Shown here: positions 37,307 through 48,539 of the stretch, piece after piece | Layout of the letters: every line of letters begins with the position of its first letter | Position numbering within the stretch: the stretch's first letter is position 1 | From: Parasitella parasitica NRRL 2501 | Lineage: Eukaryota > Fungi > Mucoromycota | Direction: 5' to 3' | NCBI GenBank assembly: GCA_025201805.1 | Contig: MU619260.1 | Span: 47,879 to 111,878 of the forward strand | Length of the DNA: 64,000 bases | Made by a program: the position numbers and the translations under genes | The notes under the pieces: generated by a model | Seen by the model: the letters and a program-made list of their open reading frames with translations, nothing else | Database searches by the model: none | What the model was told of the DNA's origin: nothing

Positions 37307-39272
37307 GAGCATCTCCAACAGCGATGCTAAACAAAAAGCCATTTAAAGCATCCCATATCCCTTTTTTTTTTTTTACAACCTGGAAATGTTTTGTCTGCTT
37401 TTTTTGGTAATTGTCTCTGCTTACTTACTGTTGCTTTGCTTTTTTGTCTCTGAAGCTCTTTGAATTACTCCCTTGGCTCTTGCATCCATTGTATTCTCTT
37501 TTACTATTTTACTCTTCTCTTTTCTTCTTTATGCAAAGTCGTTCTACTTTCAAACAGGAGCTGGTGCTCACTACTTTTATTCAGCCCACATTTATATATT
37601 TTATACTATGAACCTCACACTTCTAACATTAATATGAGCATTCAGGACAGAAATACTGGCCATTTTAGAAAATGTTAATAAAGTTTGTATAGATAGTTAA
37701 ACTTTATACACTATACCCTTTTTTTTTCGAGTATCCACTGTGTTGATCGTAATGCACTTTGAGATTTTGTATTGAGCCTAATTTTTCAAATTCAACATAA
37801 TACATCACTAAATGTTGTAAGTTCATCCCTTCTTTTTCTTTCCTGAATTTACTCCTCACACATATATGAAGCGTAAACTTAAAGACGATCCACCAGATAG
37901 GAAAGGAAAGAGAGCTATAAGAAGTAAATATCTAACACATACATTGTGAAAAGAATATATGTCTTACTATGTTTTAGGTGCAGATTTGAATCACCAAAAA
38001 AGAGGAGGCTGATTTGACAACACCAGGTATTCCCACCACCAACGATGCTTCGAGTTCAACAGCAAAGGCTTCTAGCTCAACAGAAAAGACTGCTAGCTCA
38101 TTTAATGAGATAGCTTCTTCTTCCAGCAAAACTCTTACTTTATCTAGGAAAGTCCAACAAAAAAAAGACAAAAAAGTTGATTTAGAGGAGTTCAAGAAAC
38201 AAACCAAATCCAACAAACCAATGCTGTGGCATTCATGTAAACAGACAGATCATGCGAGGTCTACCAGTAAACTCTGTCCACATCGAAAAGAAAAGAAGGT
38301 GGCTCAAGACAACGATGACGAAAAGACAGAAGCTTTCACCATCAAGTCTTCACTTGAAACCACATGCACAAATACAACATTCATGACATCAATTGACAAC
38401 TTGGTGGAGTACGCTACCAAAATTACCCATATAGGCTCATTGTTTGCAAACTTTATTATTCTGAAATGTGCAGATGCCAATGAAGATACGCCAATCATTA
38501 GTCAAGATTTTGTTTATGTTATATTTTCTACCTTAGCAGGTAATGGGAGTAGGGCTCCTGAGTTCATCCGTCAATATTTTGAAGAGTTTAAAAATGCGTG
38601 CGAGATTGACGAGCAAATTTTAAAATCATTGAAATCTATTGGTTATGCGACTATTCTTTCCATTTCTGCCAAGCAGTGTGAAACCCTTTTCCGAAATCAT
38701 CTTTGTGAAGACAACAACGAGAAACAACAATTCTTACTCCCGCCCTCCACCACTTGATGGATCAGTTAAGGCAAATAAAACCATCATTGCCTATGGAGAT
38801 GGAAGATTTTCACTTACCATGAGAGGCAAAAGATCTGGACCTACAAAGACTATCATAAAAGCCCTTCAAAAATGTAAAGAAAATCGCGGTGTTACAGTCC
38901 AAATGGTAGACGAATACCTCACCAGTCAAGTCTGCAACAACTGCAAAAAAAAAGAAATGTTGAAAACGTTGTGCAACGATCAGCAAAGCGAAGAGTACAT
39001 TCTATATTACAGTGTCAAGAAACCGCTTGTATTATTTTGGAATCGCGATATGATGGCTGCAAAACAACATCCTCAACATAATTTTACATGCAGCAAGAAA
39101 CAATGACGCTCGTCTTTCAGCGTTCTGAATCAAAAGAATAATTGCAAGCATTGTGTGTCATTGATATTACTCTTTGATACGCCATGGGTATTCGGTTTAT
39201 CCTATACACCATTACAGGTGATCATCCTCTCACCAATTTTCTTTTGGAAATTTTAGTAAAATTAGCATGCTC
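37307..39272 (+). mobile_element. Non-autonomous PIF/Harbinger-like element carrying a Fanzor gene
   Basis: TTA|GAGCATCTCCAACAGCGATGCTAAA at left and TTAGCATGCTC|TTA at right: GAGCAT termini and 3-bp TTA duplication (37304-37306, 39273-39275). Confidence 0.7.
37866..39128 (+). pseudogene. Fanzor1 (eukaryotic TnpB homologue), internally deleted and frameshifted
   Basis: IIAYGDGRF..MRGK, RuvC-II VDEYLTSQVCNNC, zinc finger completed in an alternative frame (KRRVHSILQCQETAC), RuvC-III WNRDMMAAK; N-terminal C..TDHARSTSKLCP knuckle; RuvC-I region absent. Confidence 0.88.
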
Positions 39273-39292
39273 TTAAGAAACCAAATAAAACT
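39129..39292 (+). ncRNA. Candidate Fanzor omega-RNA scaffold plus flank-derived guide
   Basis: Three consecutive hairpins between the Fanzor stop and the element end: TCAAAAGAATAAT/ATTACTCTTTGA, ATGGGTAT/ATACACCAT, GGTGA/TCACC; position matches known TnpB/Fanzor omega-RNAs. Confidence 0.55.
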
Positions 39293-39500
39293 ATTTTACA
39301 GATACGACCAAATAAAAACGCCTAGTAAAAACTCTTCTCCAGTTAAACGCGAGCAATGGCAACTTTTGGAAGCAGAAAGAATGTTGATATTGAAAGCACG
39401 ACAGAGAAAAGCAGCAATATGACGCATATAAATGAGAAAGTTTTTCCAACATGAGAAAGTTTCTTTTTCTGTCTTTCCTACTTAAAAACTTCTTTTTACA

Positions 39501-40072
39501 ATGTCCAACACAGCTCTCCCCAAGGTTTTTTTCGATGTATCTGCTAATGGAGAACCTCTCGGTCGTATCGTCATGGAATTGAGATCCGATGTTGTCCCCA
39601 AGACTGCTGAGAACTTCCGTGCTCTCTGTACTGGTGAGAAGGGTTTTGGTTACGAGGGCTGTTCTTTCCACCGCGTTATCCCCGAATTTATGCTCCAAGG
39701 TGGTGATTTCACCAATAACAATGGCACTGGTGGCAAGTCTATCTATGGTGAAAAGTTCAAGGACGAGAACTTCACTCTCAAGCACACTGGTCCCGGTGAT
39801 CTCTCCATGGCCAACGCCGGTCCTAACACCAACGGTTCTCAATTCTTCATTACTACTATCAAAACCACCTGGTTAGATGGCAAGCACACTGTTTTCGGTA
39901 AGGTTACTGAAGGGTAAGTTATCTTTTTCATAGAACGCACCAAGTGGAAATTTATCCTAACGTATATATCCTGTGTTATAGCTTGGATATTGTCAAGAAA
40001 ATCGAAACTTTCGGCTCCGGTTCTGGTAAAACCACAAAGAAGATAGTCATTGATAAATGTGGTCAACTTTAA
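39501..40072 (+). CDS. CPR1: Cyclophilin A peptidyl-prolyl isomerase, 2 exons
   Basis: [66 protein letters not shown]; intron ~39914-39980. Confidence 0.97.
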
Positions 40073-40555
40073 ACAGTTTAAATAAAATGTTTGTGCTCTT
40101 TCTACTCTGAACAGCATCTTTTAAATTGTTTTGATCATAGACAAGGCAACAGCATGCTTTCGCTAATGTTTATTGTTAGCTGAAATGGTATTTCTCCAAT
40201 TCACCTAGACAATGTATAATCTCTACTCTTGAGAGCGGCTTAAATCTTGTTTCTGAAAAGGCATGAAGTATGGTATTTTTTAAAAAATAAACTGGCTCCA
40301 ATTCAATAAGTGAAATAAATCTCGTGATGGCATATAACTTAAAGTCCTGTTGCCTCCATTGACAACCCTGGTTTTTAGCCATAAAATTTGATTTTTAAAA
40401 CATTCAAGTTGGCATAAGATCCGCTGGGCTATGTTCTGCGTAAAATGCAAGCTAATCACTGTCAGTGAGACACTGGGAAAAGTTAAATTTGAGTTCGCGT
40501 TTTCACATCAAACTAAATTTTCACTCCTGACCCCTCACCTCCAAGCGTTTCATTG

Positions 40556-41967
40556 ATGCCTGCTATCAAAGGTGTTCTTATTGATCTGAGTGGTACTATC
40601 CACATTGACAAAAAGGTTATTCCCGGTGCAATTGAAGCTATCCAACGCTTAAAAGCTAGTAAAATACCATTTAGGTGATTGAAGAACGTTCAGTTGGAAT
40701 ACTTTTTTAGAACTAACATTCTGCTGAACAAAAGATTTGCAACCAACACAACTAAAGTATCTTCGAAACAGCTGGTTGATAAGCTAAATGGATTAGGCCT
40801 TGATGTGGAAGAAAAAGAGGTAGGTCATATTGCTTGGATTACCTGCTGGCTTGAATAACCAGATTACTACGGTAGGTGTTCACTTCCTTATCTGCGTGTC
40901 GCGACATGATTGAAGCAAAGCAATTAAGGTAGGAATTCACCAAAAATGTTTCATAATGTGTGTGCGATTGATGCAGTCCTTAAGGCCATTTCTGATCATG
41001 GAAGATGAGGCTATGGAAGAATTCAAAGATGTCAATACGGCAAATCCTAATGCAGTGGTTGTTGGCTTGGCACCATCAAAATTTAACTATGAGAAGGTAT
41101 ATGCGTCCTGGACGGTTTCTACCTCTACCTTAAAGGATTTCAACACACCTACAATTATATCTAGATAGATACCACATATTTGACAACTCGACATTTTTTC
41201 AGACTTTTCTGCAAAAAAGTGTTGTCTGCACTACAGTGTTTAAATGTCGAAACACCATGTGCCCTGAAGTCTAGATGACTGATTTGATTACTATGAAAAT
41301 CCTTTAGAGTTGGGGCAGAAACCGCAGACTGCCTAGTGTAAAATACATTTAATGCATGTTTGGCTTACTTTTCATGTTAAAGTTAAACAAAGCATTCCGC
41401 TTATTATCGTCCAACACAGAAACTGAACTGATTGCTGTTCACAAGGCAAGATATTTTGCGGATAAAGATGAAAAGCTCTCCATGGGGCCTGGAGGGTTTG
41501 TTCAAGGTATTCTTGTACTGAGCAATCTACTGTGATGCTTACTCATTAATTGGTAGCACTTGAATTTGCTACAGACGTAACAGCTACTATCGTAGGTAAA
41601 CCTACTATCGATTTCTTTAAATTAGCTCTGGGACAAATGTAAGATGTGCATGCATATGTGTGTATTGCTTTAATGCTTCTAAACGCTGCCTTTTATTCTA
41701 GTGGCATGCAAAACACGCCTCGACAAGTTGCTATCATCGGTGATGATGTCTTGAATGATTTGGGAGGTGGAGCTGAAGAGTTGGGCTTACATCGCTTTTT
41801 AGGTAAATCAATGCTGAATATTGCTACCCCAATATACTGACAGCTGCATATCAGTGCAAACCGGAAAATATCGTCCAGAAGATAGCAATAGAAGCCAAGA
41901 TGTAAAGGTATTCAGGTCTGTAGTAGAGGCTATAGACCATGTCATTGCGCAATATCGCAGCCCTTAA
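40556..41967 (+). CDS. HAD-superfamily class IIA hydrolase (HDHD2/LHPP-like), multi-exon
   Basis: GVLIDLSGTIH, FATNTTK, VFTSLSAC, LIAVHKARYF..GPGGFV.ALEFA, VGKP..DFF, IIGDDVLNDLGG, VQTGKYR. Confidence 0.88.
41105..41329. repeat. Foldback/MITE-like imperfect palindrome inside an unusually long intron
   Basis: Nested inverted segments: cggtttctacctctaccttaaaggattt / aaatcctttagagttggggcagaaaccg, atctaga/tctagat, tcgacattt/aaatgtcga, cagac/gtctg. Confidence 0.65.
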
Positions 41968-42157
41968 AAAGGCAAATCAAGGGGATACAAAAGTGCAATC
42001 TCGTGCTGGAATTTTTTCAAGCCTTTTTTTTTTTCCCTCCATTCCCACTATTACACATCTCTAGCTTTGCATATATCCTTCTTCTTCTCTTTTTTTTTTT
42101 TTTGAAACAGGCAGATACAAAAAGTTAATCATTAGGCAATCATAATAAAACAAAAGA

Positions 42158-45100
42158 ATGTCAGGTTTCGACTCACATAGACGTCGTTCCATTATTGGCT
42201 CTTCACGCAATTCTGCACCAAGTAGTGCAAATCATGAAATTTCATCCGAACTGAAAGCAGGAGCTCGTGCTCAGGTACAGGGGAGGATTGGAACCATCAG
42301 GTTTGTAGGAACAACTAGTTTTCAAACAGGAAAATGGGTTGGTATTGAACTCGACGAGGCATACGGCAAAAACAGCGGTGTTGTGCAAGGTAAACGATAC
42401 TTTGAATGCAAAACAAACCATGGCGTATTTGTTAGACCAAGCCAAGTCAAAGTCATTGCCGAAGACACTGATCGTCAAGGACAACAAGAGGATGACGATG
42501 ATGATCAGTCTGATGGGCGATGCGTATCTCCCTCGCTATCTGAACGTCGATTTGCACCTGCGCAGGACCCAAACTTGGCAGCAGCAAGAACGATTCAGCA
42601 GCATACGCCTTCCAGTTCCTCCACTCTACTGCCTTCTCGCATCACATCCCCCTCAAAAATCAGTAGGCTCCCCAACGTGAATGGTAGAAAAACAAACGTT
42701 GCTGGATTAGCTGCCAATAGCCGAAAATCAGCTTCTCCCACCGCCAGTGTAACGAGCGCAAGGAAAAGCAAAGTAGCCATCCCCGCAAGACCCCGTTCCA
42801 ACACAACCACACAACAAAAAGAGGTCAAGGAAAACAAGCTGCAACAGCTGAGGCAACAACAGCAAGAAAGACTAGCTCAATTGCAACAGCAGCAACAGCT
42901 ATTACAACAACAACAACAGCAACAGCAACAAGAAGACGATGAGGAGGACGATGAGGAAGAAGCGGAAGAAGAGGAAGAAGAGGAAGAAGAGGAGGAGGAA
43001 GAGGAAGAGGAAGAGGAGGAGGGGGAGGAGGAAGCAGAGCTACAGCGTCAATTACAAGAGGAAGAGGAATTGGCCGCTAGAGATCAGGAGCGACATGAGG
43101 AATATGGGCAACAGCAGCTGTCTGAAATAGGGCCAAACAGCACCGCGTCTGATCGAGCTGGTTTGGCAACTACTGCATCTTCAAATGCTTTACCTCAAAA
43201 GCCTCAAGCGCAACCACAGCAGCAGAGCTATGGTTCGCTAGCTGCCAGCTTACCCATTAGTAAATCAGATCAAATGATACCGCTAAAAGACTACGAGGAG
43301 CTTCGGCTTAAGCTCAAGATTTTGGAAAGTAAACGCCAGGAGGACCGTGAACGCTATCGAGAACATGAAAAAGTCAAAGAAGAAGCAGAACAGTTTTTGA
43401 CGCTGAGAAACAAGCTGCAAGACAAAATCTCTGAGCTCCAGAAAGAGTTAAGAGATACAAAACGACAACTTAAGGAATCCTTGACAGAGCAGGAAATACA
43501 CGAAAACAACTACAACGACGCAGTTGAGTCGCTTGAAATGATGACGCTGGACAAGGAAGTTGCCGAGGAGAGAGCAGAACATTTGCAGCAAGAAGTCAAT
43601 ATCTTGAAGGATAAGATTGAGGAGATAAGCGTGGATCTGGATGTTTTGAAAAAGGAGGCGGATATTATCAACCGTGTGCCTGAACATGATGGCGATGAAA
43701 AGACGCCTCTGGAAGTAATTCAATTGGAGAGACATAATGAGAGGCTAAAAGAAGCTCTAATGAAGTATGTCAACTAGCTTTAGAGTTAAATCAGTGACTC
43801 AACCCTTGATTGTAGGTTAAGAGACGTGGCCAAAGTAAGAGAGGATGAGCTTAGTCATCGCATTAAAGACTTGGAGAGCGACACCCACGAATTGGAAGAC
43901 ATCAAAGGGCAGTATGACAAAATACGAAGCAGACTCGAGGAGGCTGAATACACAATTGAAGAGCTTAAGCAACGTCTGGACGATGCGCTGGGTGCTGAGG
44001 ATTTAGTCGAGCAACTGACGGAGAAGAATCTAGCTCTAACTGAAAAGATGGAAGAGATGCGTATAGTTGTCGATGATTTGGAAGCGTTGAAGGAACTAGC
44101 AGACGAACTAGAAGAGAACCATATGGAGACTGAAAAACAGCTGCAAGCTGAAATAGACCACCGAGACATGCTGTTGCGCGAACAAGTAGAGCGCCTTCGG
44201 TCATGCGAAGAGACAAACGCAGACTACGAGGCTACTACTCAACAGTTCAGAGAACTAGTGACAACATTGCAAAATGATCTAGAGCAGCTTCGACACAAGG
44301 AGGTCAGCCAACAGTCCGAGAAACGCACTCTGAGCAGTCAATCACAAGCCATGATGTCGCTTAACATGCAGCTGCAATCCACTGTCATGAAAGCCCAGGC
44401 GAAATCCATTGATCTCGAGTTGCGCAAGCTGGATGCCGCACAAGCAAATGATCGTCTCAGCTACATTCAACCGTACCTACCTGACTCGTTCTTCAAGACC
44501 GAAAACGATGCGATTTCGTGCGTCTTGTTGTACAAACGACTAGTTTTTAAAGCTGAACTCATCATCAAACATTTGGACCAAAACCATCCCATCAGTGAAA
44601 AAATCATGGATACTGTGCCAGAGAGCTTGGTGGCCGTTTGTGAAATGCGTCAGCGTGCTGGATGGCTGAGCGACCTCGGCAAACGATTTGTAACATTTAT
44701 CATCAACTGCAACCCACTGACATTTATCAAAATGGGTCAAGTGTACCACGATTTGGTGGGCACGGAACGAAGGCTGACTGGTATTGTGGATTTACTGCGC
44801 ACAGATGAAATCAACGAAACAGAGTGTGTTGTCGAGCTACAACGTATGATTGCGCAATTAGAGCATCTCAGTGAAATTCACCTAGTTCAAAGTGAAGCTA
44901 GTCATGTAGACCAGTTCTTTGGTCTAACGAGAGCTTTGGATTTGAATGCTGATCGTATGATAGTTGAGCTTACATATATCAAACAAGCTGCTGGCCATGC
45001 GGCCCAAAACGAGAGTAACTAATATACGATGTCTTTAAGAAGGAATTGAACATGACTCACACATTTTACCAATTAGACATAAGTATCGTTGAGGGAAGAG

Positions 45101-46747
45101 AGAGGTTGGACTACGATTATTTAGAACCCCTGACGAGACTCATAATACAAGCGAAAAATAGCAAAATCTTGTCAAAGTAAGCGTAAACGACGAGCCTCTA
45201 GACACAGGCAATAATAACGCCATTTCTAGGAAGTTATTGCGGCAGCTGGAAGATCTTTCTGAGCAAGCACTCACGCTAAAGTCAGAGTACCTTCATCGAT
45301 TCAAAATGCTGTACGCCATTAGCTCCAAATTGAGCAAATTCTGTTACGAGACTTACAAGCAGATATCATCTTATGTGGATGCCAAAGTTAGCAGCAAGGA
45401 AGAAATTAGCTTGGGCATCATACAGCAGATGGTATACAACAAGGCAGATGAAATACTGGAAATAGCTGAAAGCACTATGTGGGAAGCTTGTCTAAAGACC
45501 TTGAAATCCCTAACAAATGAACTGGGCACTACATTTGAGCGTATCTCTAACGAAAACAAGACTGAAAAGAGTATGTAAACCATTGAAGTATGCTATTTCA
45601 AAATTAATTCGTGTACGTAGTTGCTACTGGCGTTGCTCCGTGGGTACAAAGAGCTTCCGATATGAAGGCAGAGGTTGTCATGAATCATGATATGGAGCGT
45701 AAACTGCAACAACACTGTGATGAAATCCTCAAACTGATCAAAGATGTGAAGATCAAGGTACATTTAATACAAACTCTGTTGCCATATACCACAAAGACTA
45801 ACGTGTGTGTAGGACCAAGCACTTCAAGAATCTGGCATCAAGATTGAACTACTTGAAAAGCGTATGGAGACAGTAAAGAAACAAGCAGACCAAATAAGCG
45901 TGTTAGAGGAAACATTATCAAAAACGCAGACTCAAGAACAAATGTATGCAGAAGCAATGGAGAATCTCCAGACAGAGTACGATACACTGGAACAAGAGAA
46001 TCTGCAGCTCAAGAAGGACGCAGCTAAGAAAGAGGAAAAGAGGCTGTCAGCACCTAAAAAGGCAGATTTCGATTTGATGGAGGAGTCACCCTCTATGCTG
46101 GAGATGGACAATGCAAACATGCATGAAATGACACTTCAAATGGAATCATTGAAATCAGCTATTCGTTATCTGCGAGCTGAAAATGCTCATCTCAAGGGGT
46201 CTGATATCATCCGATCGCTTCAATTGCAAGACGACTATAGCCAAAAGAAACCAGCTGAACGCAAAGCACAAGAGATGATGCGATCTTTTGCTTTAGAGAC
46301 TCGTATGCTGGTGAAGGATATGCGTACGGCCAGTGCAACGCCCAAAGTGGTTCAATTGTCTGCCGATCGTAAAGGTGGCAAATGGCAGAGCGACAAACGA
46401 TTACCAGACTATCAATACCAAACACAACAATCTGTGTTGTATACCCTCAAACAAAGATGTGATCAGTTGAAAGATAAAATGGACAAAGTGCGTAAAGACC
46501 AACAGTGCTCTTTTATAACCACTTCCAATAATACACTTATCAACAAGGTAATTGAATTCATTTTATACAATTTTAAACAATTTATGCACCGTTTTTTAAC
46601 ATGTTCCACATATAGCCAACCATGAACTCAACAGCACTAGCAAAACTCCATTTGCCTGTCGATGGAACATTGATTAATCAAACCAGATGCATACAGCTGA
46701 ATAGTCTTTTGGAATTCGAAAAGATTCATAACATCTTTATTAAATAA
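42158..46747 (+). CDS. NIP100: Dynactin subunit 1 (p150Glued), multi-exon
   Basis: CAP-Gly domain (FVGTTSFQTGKWVGIELDE..GKNSGVVQGKRYF.C...HGVFVRPSQV), LEMMTLDKEVAEERAE, LDDALGAEDLVEQLTEKNL, dynactin domain, long coiled coils. Confidence 0.95.
42841..43035 (+). repeat. Coding poly-Gln (CAA/CAG) then poly-Glu (GAA/GAG) low-complexity tract in dynactin p150
   Basis: QQQQ...EDDEEDDEEEAEEEEE... visible in DNA and translation. Confidence 0.9.
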
Positions 46748-47071
46748 AACATTACAGACTTCAACATGGCGTAGAAGAATGAGTTATAAAGCAAACAATG
46801 TAACCATGGAGACCCATTTGATCAATCAAGCAGGTTGCATGAATTATTGGTTTTTCAAGGGTTTAGCTCACCTCCTGCACCACAATGCAATATTATAGAG
46901 CTTGAAACAAGGTTTTTTTTTTTTTTTAATGTAAAATAAAACGAAAAAAAAAAGAGAAATAGAAACAGATTATAAAATATAAGAGTAAGAGAATGAATAA
47001 ATTATCTGGTTTCTTTTTTGACATGAAAGAATGCTAAAGTATGGAAAGGAAAATGCTATTTATGGGCTTTT

Positions 47072-48265
47072 TTAAGCAAATGCAGCAACAGTGGATGTTT
47101 GGAGATCACTGATGGAAGCATGGAATCCTTCATTTTCAACCTTTTGAGCACGAACATGTTTCAAAAATTCTTCAAACAAATAAACAGTGTCTTGGGGACC
47201 ACCCTTAGCCTCGGGATGAAATTGAACAGAGAAGATAGGCTTAGACTCATGCTGGACACCTTCATTAGAGCCATCATTGGCGTTAACAAACAAACGTTTC
47301 CAACTCTTGGGCATACAAGTATCGTTCAAGGCATAACCATGATTCTGAGATGTGATGTAACAAAGACCAGTATCAACATTGAGGGCTGGTTGATTATGAC
47401 CACGGTTACCAAAAGGCAGTTTGTAAACTTGGAGACCGGCAGCCATTCCAAGCAAAAGATTACCCATACAGATGCCAAAGATTGGCTTCTTCAAGTGATC
47501 GATAGCAACCCTAAGGTTTTTGATAGTCTCAACACAAGCTACGGGAGAACCAGGCCCGTTAGATACAAATACACCATCGAATTGATCAGCAACGGCGTTG
47601 AAATCATAGTTGTAAGGCAACACAGTAACACAAGCGCCACGGCTAGCAAGACAACGGAGAATATTTTGCTTGACGCCGCAATCAATGACGGCAATTTTGA
47701 GCTCGCCTTTGGGGTTGTAAGTAATAGGAACCTTGGTGGAGACCTTGGCAACCAAATTCTCCTCATTGGGGTTGGGGAATTCAAGAGCGCTAATGTTGTC
47801 GATAGTAGATTCCTCACCGACGCAAATCTGAGCAAGAGTAGAGCCTTGATCACGCAAAATCTGGGTCAAAGCACGAGTATCGACACCACTGATGGCGGGA
47901 ACATTGTGGCGGATACACCATTCGCTCAGCGATTCAACGGCAGTCCAATGGGAGTATTCTGTAGCATAATCATTGACAATAATGCCTTCGACTTGAATGC
48001 CATCAGATTCAAAGTACTTGTAAAGACCGAATTCGTCCTTGTCTTGACCAGGAACTCCATAGTTACCAATCAAAGGCTGAGTAAAAACCAATATTTGGCC
48101 AGTATAGGAAGGATCGGTCATTGATTCAGGATAGCCGACAAGAGATGTGGTGAAGACGGCCTCACCAAAAGTGTTGACGGGGGCACCGAATGAAGTACCA
48201 TGGAAGATCTGGCCAGTCTTCAGCTTGAGAGAGGCAGGAAGAGTGTTGTCGACAGTGTTTAACAT
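47072..48265 (-). CDS. CPA1: Arginine-specific carbamoyl-phosphate synthetase small (glutaminase) subunit
   Basis: [41 protein letters not shown] (catalytic Cys), [27 protein letters not shown]. Confidence 0.96.
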   Translation of the reverse strand: MLNTVDNTLPASLKLKTGQIFHGTSFGAPVNTFGEAVFTTSLVGYPESMTDPSYTGQILVFTQPLIGNYGVPGQDKDEFGLYKYFESDGIQVEGIIVNDYATEYSHWTAVESLSEWCIRHNVPAISGVDTRALTQILRDQGSTLAQICVGEESTIDNISALEFPNPNEENLVAKVSTKVPITYNPKGELKIAVIDCGVKQNILRCLASRGACVTVLPYNYDFNAVADQFDGVFVSNGPGSPVACVETIKNLRVAIDHLKKPIFGICMGNLLLGMAAGLQVYKLPFGNRGHNQPALNVDTGLCYITSQNHGYALNDTCMPKSWKRLFVNANDGSNEGVQHESKPIFSVQFHPEAKGGPQDTVYLFEEFLKHVRAQKVENEGFHASISDLQTSTVAAFA

Positions 48266-48387
48266 TTTTAGAATAATTGATTTGTTGTAGATAATTTGAT
48301 AGAGATGTTTCTTTATACTTTTTTTTTTGTCGAGTATTTCACAAGTTTTTTCCTTGTAGTAGCTTAATTAATTAAATTGGCAGTTGT

Positions 48388-48539
48388 TTAAGAGAGTTGA
48401 TGTAATGATTTAGAGGTTTCTGAAGACTTCCAAACTACACAATGCTCAATTAAAAATCGGATCTAATCTCCAAAATGACAGACTTACTTTGATCGCAAAT
48501 ATAATCGGCTGAGCACTTTTCGTAGGCGTGAATATACAT
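48388..48539 (-). promoter_or_regulatory. Upstream ORF encoding an arginine attenuator peptide (AAP), split by a 53-nt intron (48435-48487)
   Basis: Spliced translation MYIHAYEKCSADYICDQIWKSSETSKSLHQLS*; D-Y-I-x-D-x-I-W-K matches the yeast CPA1 AAP core DYISDHIWK; GTAAGT...TAG intron; stop 122 nt before the CPA1 ATG. Confidence 0.88.

Noticed and set aside
47099-48124. 341-aa plus-strand ORF antisense to CPA1 (similar shadows over GDH, cyclophilin, epoxide hydrolase and the LEA gene)
   Set aside because: Explained by codon bias of the real gene on the opposite strand; no recognisable motifs
544-48265. PUT1, GDH and CPA1 as a proline/glutamate/arginine metabolic gene cluster
   Set aside because: Spread over 48 kb with many unrelated housekeeping genes between them; no shared motif visible
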